Below, piece after piece: positions 57,648 through 64,000 of a stretch of DNA of 64,000 nucleotides. The translations under genes and the position numbers were made by a program. The stretch is from NCBI GenBank assembly GCA_965206595.1, contig OZ242214.1:3456001-3520000 (forward strand). The letters run 5' to 3'. Each line of letters opens with the position of its first letter. Positions within the stretch are counted from its first letter, which is position 1. The notes under the pieces are model-generated. The model did not search any database. It was not told the origin of the DNA and saw only the letters and a program-made list of their open reading frames with translations. Source of the stretch: Candidatus Latescibacterota bacterium. GTDB taxonomy: Bacteria; Latescibacterota; UBA2968; UBA8231.

Positions 57648-59633
57648 TCAGTACGCAATTGGAAGTGTGGCCACCTCGATATCGATCTCTTTGTCCGCGT
57701 CGACTTTCAGCCTGAGCAGATACAAACCCGGAGACAGGAGTCTGTCCTGTTCGTCTCGGCCATCCCAGGTCGCTGAAAAACGGCCGCTGATCCCCGTTTC
57801 CACCGAGATACCCGCCACACGCACCCCCGCCAGATTGAACACCTCCAGCGCCACCGGAACGCCCCCTACCAGGTTCACCAGATCGTATTCCACCTTCAGC
57901 AGGTCGTTGATCCCGTCGGCGTTCGGAGTGAAAGCGGACACCCCGAGTGCCTGGATATTGCGCGTGCCCACCTTCGCCGGCGATACGCTGAGTGAATTCC
58001 CTTCCACCAGCGGATCGGCGTCCCCGGCAGTGACCCGCTGGCGCACTTCCATTGGGCGTGCGCTGTCGTAAACCCGGCCAATGAAAACCGTCCCCACCTT
58101 GAACACCTCGCTCTGAAACACCACCTCGATGAGCTCACCCGAGGACTGCAGGTCGACCCGGGGAATATGCACTGAAAAGCTCTCGCCGTCCCAGGGCGTA
58201 ACGGAAAACTCCCCTGGAGACAGAACCGCGGAGCCGATGCGCACCTCGTCGACGCTCGCCGGAGCTACAGGAGTTTTTATTTGGATACTGTCGAAACCGA
58301 GGTCGTCCTCCTGCATCTCTGGAAGCAGCTTGTAGACGAAAGGGGTAGTTTGGCCCAGCTCGGTTACTGTCGGCGCGATCTCCGCCAGTACCTGACTGGC
58401 AACTGGCGGCGTCGAGACCTCGAATTCCACATATTCCAGCTTGCCTCCCGCGGAGCCGATTGTCGAGGCAAAATCGGCTTTGATCTGCACGAATTGCCGA
58501 GGCTTGTCACTGACAAGGTCGCCGCGTCCGGCATTGAAATCGAGCAGTGTCGTCCAGAAGCCCCAGTTCTCTCTGTCGGGTGTTATCGGTAACCTCTCGC
58601 CACCCTCCAGCCGCTGGTAGGATGACCTGGTGAGTTCGTTTCCCCCGGCATCGAAGCGGGATTTTTCGTCGCCCCGGAATGTCAGGCGCCAGTAGAAGTT
58701 CGGGTCTTCGTCGTCTCCTGTGCGCACGCTAAGGTCGATGGCAGCCCCTTGGTCCACTGAGCCCCCCCACGCCAAGTTACCGAGGCTCGAGCGGGCCCCC
58801 AAGTCGATGATGTTGGATGTGTAAGCCGCTCGTGACACGAACCCCTCCCCGTAAATCTCGAGTTCGGCGAGTTCCCAGTTCCCCTCTCCGGCGGCCAGTA
58901 TGAGCTCCGAAATTGGCTCGTCGGGCAACTCGAGATCGAGGACGGCAGTGGTGTTTTCCCTGATGTCGATTTTGACGTCGAAATCGACGTAACGCTCTCC
59001 ACGCCAAGTCAGCCTGCCCTCTCGCGTGCCGTGCAAAGGGTCGAGACCCAGCGTTGCGGGAGTTCTGTTGACCGGTGCGTTGTTGGTGCCGACCTGCAGG
59101 TTTGGAATAAAGCGGTCGACGTGGTGATCTGGGGTAGGCTGCAAGACGAGACGGCGGATCGGGAAGATGCCCCGGAACTGGATCCATACTGTCTTGCAGT
59201 TCCGAGCAGCGGTGAAGGTGCCGCAGTTGAGGCCGAAACCCGACCCTCCCAGGCCGGTATAGGCGGTTTCGTAGTCGCCGTCGAATGCCAGGTCGAGCAG
59301 GGGTTCGTCCTGCCAGCCATAGCCATTTGAGGACTTGATTTCGGCACCGCGGGACCTGAGCAGGGGAGTGAGGTTTTCGGTTGGGTCGAGGCGCTCGGGT
59401 TGCAGGGGCCCATCCGTCTCGACGAGAAAAGCAGATCCGAACTTTTCCTCGTCGGCATCCGCCCAGCTCAACTGCCTGAAGTCCACTCCTGGTTCGGAGG
59501 CGATTTCGGGAGGCGGTAGCTCGGTCCCACCGATGCGGTAAATGGTCAGGGCGTTGCCGTGCCTCAATCCCGCCAGGGTGAGGATCAGCAAGGCCGCAAG
59601 GGCCAGCGCATGACGGGCCGAGGAAGCGGTCAT
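57648..59633 (-). CDS. Secreted FlgD-Ig-tailed protein (paralog C)
   Basis: Signal peptide; 'FDGDYETAY', 'WELAELEIYGEG', 'FTPNADGIND...WDGRDE...SPGLY'. Confidence 0.87.
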   Translation of the reverse strand: MTASSARHALALAALLILTLAGLRHGNALTIYRIGGTELPPPEIASEPGVDFRQLSWADADEEKFGSAFLVETDGPLQPERLDPTENLTPLLRSRGAEIKSSNGYGWQDEPLLDLAFDGDYETAYTGLGGSGFGLNCGTFTAARNCKTVWIQFRGIFPIRRLVLQPTPDHHVDRFIPNLQVGTNNAPVNRTPATLGLDPLHGTREGRLTWRGERYVDFDVKIDIRENTTAVLDLELPDEPISELILAAGEGNWELAELEIYGEGFVSRAAYTSNIIDLGARSSLGNLAWGGSVDQGAAIDLSVRTGDDEDPNFYWRLTFRGDEKSRFDAGGNELTRSSYQRLEGGERLPITPDRENWGFWTTLLDFNAGRGDLVSDKPRQFVQIKADFASTIGSAGGKLEYVEFEVSTPPVASQVLAEIAPTVTELGQTTPFVYKLLPEMQEDDLGFDSIQIKTPVAPASVDEVRIGSAVLSPGEFSVTPWDGESFSVHIPRVDLQSSGELIEVVFQSEVFKVGTVFIGRVYDSARPMEVRQRVTAGDADPLVEGNSLSVSPAKVGTRNIQALGVSAFTPNADGINDLLKVEYDLVNLVGGVPVALEVFNLAGVRVAGISVETGISGRFSATWDGRDEQDRLLSPGLYLLRLKVDADKEIDIEVATLPIAY

Positions 59634-59659
59634 GTCATCCCTCTTGTTTGTTTGGAGAA

Positions 59660-61615
59660 TCAGTAAACGAGGGGCACCGGCGCGACTGCAATGTCGGTCT
59701 CTTCGTCCGCTTCAACCTTCAGCCTGATGAGGTAGATACCGGGGGGCAGCAGCTGGTTGCCGTCTGTGCCGTCCCAGGTTGCCGTGAATCGGCCGCTGTC
59801 ACCGGTGCCTGTTTCGTCGATCTCAATGCCGGCCACCTGTTCGCCGGCAAGGTTATACACATCCAGTTCAACAGGAACCGCCCCAGAGAGATTTACGAGA
59901 TCGTACTTGATTTGGAGCACATCGTTGACGCCATCGCCGTTCGGGGTAATGGCGGACACGACCAGAGCCTGGATTGAGTGCGTACTGACCGTGGTTGGCG
60001 ATACGGTGAGTGAATTGCCCTCCACCAAGGGGTCGGCGTCCCCTTCTGTGACGCGCTGGCGAACCTCGAATGGCTTCTGGCTGTCAAACACCCTGCCGGC
60101 AAACACGGTGCCCACTTTGAACACCTCGCTCTGAAACTCCACCTCGATGAGCTCTCCAGAGGACTGCAGATCGACCCTTGGCACCTGGACCGAAAAGTTC
60201 TCCCCGTCGTAGGGAGTGACGTCGAACTCCCCCGGAGACAGAACCGTTGATCCGATGCGCACTTCATCGACGCTCACTGGCGCCAGAGGGGTGGTGATCT
60301 GAATGCTGTCGAAACCGAGGTCGTCTCCCTGTATCCGGGGAAGTAGTTTATAAGTAAACAACGTGGTCTGTCCGAGCGGCGCTTCGCGAGGGAAGATTTC
60401 GGCCATCACCTCGCTCGCCACAGGCGGCGTCGACACCTCGAATTGCAGAAAGTCCAGAGAACTTCCGACCGAGCCCTTTGTCGAGAAGAAATCCGCCTTG
60501 ATCTGCACGAATCTACGCGGCTTGCCACCCACCAAGTCACTGCGACCTGCGTCGAAGTCCAGCGGCGCCGTCCAGAATCCCCAATTCTCGCTGTCCGGTG
60601 CGATGCCTCCCTTCTCACCACCCTCCAAACGGTTATAACTGCGACGGTCCAAGGGTTTGCCTTCGTGGTCGAAGCTGCTTCGCTCCTCACCGCGGAAGGT
60701 GAGGCGCCAGTAAGAGTTGGGATCCTCGTCATCCCCCGTGCGCATGCTGAGCCGGATACCAGCCCCTGAATCTTCGCTGCCGGACCAAATGAGGTCGCCC
60801 AGACTGGAGCGCCCACCGAGGTCAAAGATGTTCGAAACGTAATTTGCCCGCGCAACATAACCGTCCCCGTAGATCTCGAGCTCGGCGATTTCCCAGTCTC
60901 CCGAAGGGGACTCGACCAGCATTTCGGCAATCGGAACATCGGGCAGATCCAAGTCGAGGACGGGGGTCCGATTCTCGGTGACGTTGTAGACCACGTCGAA
61001 GTCGAAGAACTTTTCACCTCTCCAACTGTGCCTGTACTCCCGGGTTCCGCGCTTGCGAATGTCGCCGTCGTTGGTGCCGATGACGTAGCTCTTGACGAAC
61101 CGCTCGTTGAGGAACTTCGGGGAAGGCTGGAAAACGACCCGGCGAATGGGAAAAAGGCCGGCGAAATCTATCCAGATCCCCTTCTGATACTGGCTCCCTG
61201 TCTGGTCTCCCGGCACGCCCTGAAAGGCGGTGTTGTAGTCCCCGTCGAACAGAAAATCGAGGTCGGGCTGATCCTGCCATCCGTAGGAATTGTTCAATTG
61301 TATGCGTCCGCCGCGCTCCCGGATCAACGGCGTCAGGTTGACGCTGGGGTCGAGACGGACAGGAACCAACGACCCGCTGGTCTCCAGCTGATGAGAACTG
61401 CCGAACAGGTCGTCGTCTACATCTGCCCAGAAAAGCTGAACGAAATCAACACCCTCCTCGGTTGCCGCTTCCGGCACCGGCAGATCCTCCCCGCCCAGCC
61501 GGTAGATGACCAGTGCTTCTCCTCGCTCAGCCATAATCAGGGCCAAACAGAAGAGGAATCTCGTCAGGATGGTAACTATCATTGCTTTCATCGCTTGCAT
61601 AGAAGATCCCCTCAC
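59660..61615 (-). CDS. Secreted FlgD-Ig-tailed protein (paralog D; tandem with C; start may be a downstream ATG)
   Basis: Collinear with C; 'ITPNGDGVND...WDGTDG..LPPGIY'. Confidence 0.87.
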   Translation of the reverse strand: MRGSSMQAMKAMIVTILTRFLFCLALIMAERGEALVIYRLGGEDLPVPEAATEEGVDFVQLFWADVDDDLFGSSHQLETSGSLVPVRLDPSVNLTPLIRERGGRIQLNNSYGWQDQPDLDFLFDGDYNTAFQGVPGDQTGSQYQKGIWIDFAGLFPIRRVVFQPSPKFLNERFVKSYVIGTNDGDIRKRGTREYRHSWRGEKFFDFDVVYNVTENRTPVLDLDLPDVPIAEMLVESPSGDWEIAELEIYGDGYVARANYVSNIFDLGGRSSLGDLIWSGSEDSGAGIRLSMRTGDDEDPNSYWRLTFRGEERSSFDHEGKPLDRRSYNRLEGGEKGGIAPDSENWGFWTAPLDFDAGRSDLVGGKPRRFVQIKADFFSTKGSVGSSLDFLQFEVSTPPVASEVMAEIFPREAPLGQTTLFTYKLLPRIQGDDLGFDSIQITTPLAPVSVDEVRIGSTVLSPGEFDVTPYDGENFSVQVPRVDLQSSGELIEVEFQSEVFKVGTVFAGRVFDSQKPFEVRQRVTEGDADPLVEGNSLTVSPTTVSTHSIQALVVSAITPNGDGVNDVLQIKYDLVNLSGAVPVELDVYNLAGEQVAGIEIDETGTGDSGRFTATWDGTDGNQLLPPGIYLIRLKVEADEETDIAVAPVPLVY

Positions 61616-61700
61616 CTGTCCTGCTGCCGGCCCCGAACCGAATTCCGTTCAGTCTCCCGGACATTCATTCGATTTCTCATAGATCTCGTTGGCATAAGGT

Positions 61701-61736
61701 AAAAAAAAGGGATGGACCCCGACACGGATCCATCCC
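61701..61736 (-). terminator. Rho-independent terminator after 61760-62659
   Basis: GGGATGGA...TCCATCCC stem followed on the minus strand by T8. Confidence 0.8.
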
Positions 61737-61759
61737 AGGTACTCCAAGAAAGCGAACCT

Positions 61760-62659
61760 TTACTTCGAGACCGAGGCCTTTATACGTCCCCAGCTGTCTT
61801 CTTCGACCGCGCTCGCAAAATCTACAGTCTCATCAATCGGAAGAAGGAGAAAGTCCGCGAGAAAGTCCGCGTCGCCGAAACTTTCAACGTTGGGTCCGAT
61901 CGTCCAGCGTCCCCAGCAGTTGCAGTCATCGGTGAACTCGGCATCCCCGTCGTGAACCTGAACGCTCACGCCGATGATCTGGTCAGCAGCGAAGTCGTGC
62001 AGAATGCTCTCTTCAGGGGATGTCCAGTTGTAGTCATCCCAGTAGAGCTGCCACCACTCAGCATAGGTACGAGCTTCCTGATTGGAACCTGGAGTTCCGT
62101 CGACCTGGTGCGCCTGTTGCGACCACTCGGGATCACGGTACCAGTCGCCTTGAGTCATCCAGAACCAAGTCCAGTTCTCCGAAAAACCTTCGTCAAAGGC
62201 CCAGTGGTGGGTCTGAGCGTGACGACCTTTCTGGCGCTGGGCCTCTTCGTCTGTCATGCCCTCGATGCTCCAGAAGGTGCCACCGCTGTGGTCGGCATCA
62301 ATCACACCTTCGATGGTTTCGCCACCGATGTGGATGTCGTCGAATTTCTCGAAGACATAATAGATTCGATCGCTCTCATCGTTGTAGGCCAGGGCCCAAC
62401 GGAACGAGAGAGAAGAGGGATCGAGATCGCCCACATAGTTCCAGGGACGTTCGTCGCTCTGAACGACATCGACTTCGGTGATGAAGAACTCCGGCGGGAC
62501 GATATCCCACTCACCCAGATCACCGTCGAGAACCGGCAGAGCGTTTTCGGGCCAAGCCCAAACAGCGCCTAAAAAATCCGGCGGGTCGTGTGCTGTTGCG
62601 GTGCTGCTCAACGAGAAAACGAGAGCGCCTGCAAGCAGCAATGAGGAAAGCTTCTTCAC
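61760..62659 (-). CDS. Secreted DOMON/CBM9-like acidic protein with C-terminal SWGRIKAS motif
   Basis: AAGGAG RBS + GTG; signal peptide ending ATA-H; 'LDGDLGEW', 'DADHSGG', ends 'VEEDSWGRIKASVSK'. Confidence 0.82.
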   Translation of the reverse strand: MKKLSSLLLAGALVFSLSSTATAHDPPDFLGAVWAWPENALPVLDGDLGEWDIVPPEFFITEVDVVQSDERPWNYVGDLDPSSLSFRWALAYNDESDRIYYVFEKFDDIHIGGETIEGVIDADHSGGTFWSIEGMTDEEAQRQKGRHAQTHHWAFDEGFSENWTWFWMTQGDWYRDPEWSQQAHQVDGTPGSNQEARTYAEWWQLYWDDYNWTSPEESILHDFAADQIIGVSVQVHDGDAEFTDDCNCWGRWTIGPNVESFGDADFLADFLLLPIDETVDFASAVEEDSWGRIKASVSK

Positions 62660-62783
62660 AGCTGACTCCTTCAGCTAAGGGATGGAGGGTTTGGTTCAGA
62701 CAGCAAATTGAAAAGCAGAAAATTCCGCCCAAGAGTCCTTACCGACTCACCTCCTTACGCAATTGCCACGGGGCGAATTTGGA

Positions 62784-62830
62784 GATATATCGGCGATATC
62801 GGATATATCGGCGATATCGGGCGATATCGA
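62784..62830. repeat. Short tandem palindromic repeats in promoter region
   Basis: GATATATCGGCGATATCG x2 then GGCGATATCG; three CGATATCG palindromes. Confidence 0.8.
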
Positions 62831-62943
62831 ATGTATCTAAATACGAAATCAAACATCGAATGTCAAGAATTTATTTGGGAGTGCAACAGAACTTCGTCAA
62901 TCCGTTGGAAGAACTGCAATTGCATGTTTTTCAACAAGTTACG

Positions 62944-63999
62944 CTAATCCAATCCCGCGAATATCGACACGAAGGTCAGCCCGGCCGTCTCGATCTCCCG
63001 CGACTCGTCCACCACCTCGAGGGATCGCCGGTCGATGCGAATACCCCCTTGCAGGGTCAGGCTGTAGCCGAGATACTCGCTTCTGTTCGTAAGCTGCACG
63101 GCGAAGACGGAACCGAGAAAATCGCCCGTGAACTGGCCGGCAGCCATGTCGTCTTCGGCATCTTTCAGATTGAAGAACAACCGCTGCTCGTAGCCGAGTT
63201 GGAGTTGGGTCTGACGCAGCAGCGGAACACTACCCTGCAGAAAAATCAGTCCATCCCAAGAACGCCTCTTGACCAGATCTCTTCCAAATGGGGTCTCTTG
63301 CAGATATTCGCTCTTGACTCGGGGACCGAGCTGAAACATTCCCAGATCGAAAACATAGTCTGCCTTGTTGATGATCCCGAAAAAACCCGAATTCTCGCGT
63401 CCGTTGCGCCCCTCCGGTCCCAATGGGTCGAACAGTACGATCGGGTCGCCGGCCACGTCTAGCAGTCTGTTGCCGTTTTCATCGAGTGCGAATTCGACAT
63501 CAGCGTTGCGTTGGCGCCAGCGATCCCATTTGAACCTGTGCAGGGTGCCCCAACCTCGGGGGCTGTCATAGCCCCACTCGGCGTAGAGGGTATTGATCCA
63601 CGTGTCCCGCGCCGCCAAGCGATCATGAATCGGCGTCAGCCGCCCGGCGCTCTCGGAAGCCAGGCCGAAGTCGGCTCTGGGGATCACCCATTGTACCAGG
63701 TGATCCGGGATATCGTCCTTGGCCAGCTTCAACATGTCGAACACGCGGAGACGCCCCCAGCTGGCGTTGTCGTGATCGAGAGCGGACACCGCGTACGAGG
63801 TGACGTTCTCGCGCTCACTTTTTTGCAATTCCTGTCGAAGCTGCCCCAGGCGCAATTTGGCGTCCGGGCCGAACTGCAGGCCGCCGTAGGCGTTGTATCC
63901 GTGGTGGTCCTTCTTGTACGGGTAGTCCGGGTCGTCGTCGTTCTCGAAGCGCTCCACCCAGCCGTTGTTGTTGAGGTCGATACCGTACAGAAATTCAGG
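62944..63999 (-). CDS. C-terminal part of a large probable outer-membrane beta-barrel protein (5' end outside window)
   Basis: Frame open to the window edge (PEFLYGIDLNNNGWVERFEND...); alternating amphipathic strands; ends 'FVSIFAGLD'. Confidence 0.65.
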   Translation of the reverse strand, partial: PEFLYGIDLNNNGWVERFENDDDPDYPYKKDHHGYNAYGGLQFGPDAKLRLGQLRQELQKSERENVTSYAVSALDHDNASWGRLRVFDMLKLAKDDIPDHLVQWVIPRADFGLASESAGRLTPIHDRLAARDTWINTLYAEWGYDSPRGWGTLHRFKWDRWRQRNADVEFALDENGNRLLDVAGDPIVLFDPLGPEGRNGRENSGFFGIINKADYVFDLGMFQLGPRVKSEYLQETPFGRDLVKRRSWDGLIFLQGSVPLLRQTQLQLGYEQRLFFNLKDAEDDMAAGQFTGDFLGSVFAVQLTNRSEYLGYSLTLQGGIRIDRRSLEVVDESREIETAGLTFVSIFAGLD

Positions 64000-64000
64000 T

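Noticed and set aside
44234-61615. Diversity-generating retroelement explaining the paralog/remnant repeats
   Set aside because: No reverse transcriptase in the window, and the differences are not visibly adenine-specific.

Overview
GC-rich bacterial chromosomal window. The gene families present (DUF6785-like membrane proteins, FlgD-Ig-tailed secreted paralogs, proteins ending in SWxxIKAS, several PhyH dioxygenases) suggest a Latescibacterota/Poribacteria-like organism, but this is inference only. Layout: (1) a solo Cre-like tyrosine recombinase preceded by an AT-rich lox/res-like inverted-repeat cluster; (2) catabolic and nitrogen genes (3 PhyH, amtB, PTPS-III, CDGSH, RraA, IlvC-like, HpcH aldolase, enolase-family, MBL, acetamidase, mutarotase, serine hydrolase, Gfo/Idh/MocA); (3) a lower-GC defence/TA patch at 8.6-12.1 kb and a TA-like pair at 16.3-16.9 kb; (4) a secreted-peptide/TlpA/peptidase-nucleotidase-cytochrome c block at 22-26.7 kb; (5) two multiheme cytochromes, two convergent DUF6785-like genes, a fused MFS/spermidine-synthase-like gene and a CRTAC1/ASPIC-UnbV gene; (6) a cluster of four FlgD-Ig-tailed secreted paralogs with a PPIase and a probable outer-membrane protein at 44-64 kb. 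The most striking structural pattern is repeated degenerate 'echo' copies of nearby sequence. Three of these bracket accessory cassettes as direct repeats and two are internally deleted paralog remnants. No rRNA, tRNA or CRISPR array was seen. All family calls come from motif recognition by eye; no database search was run.
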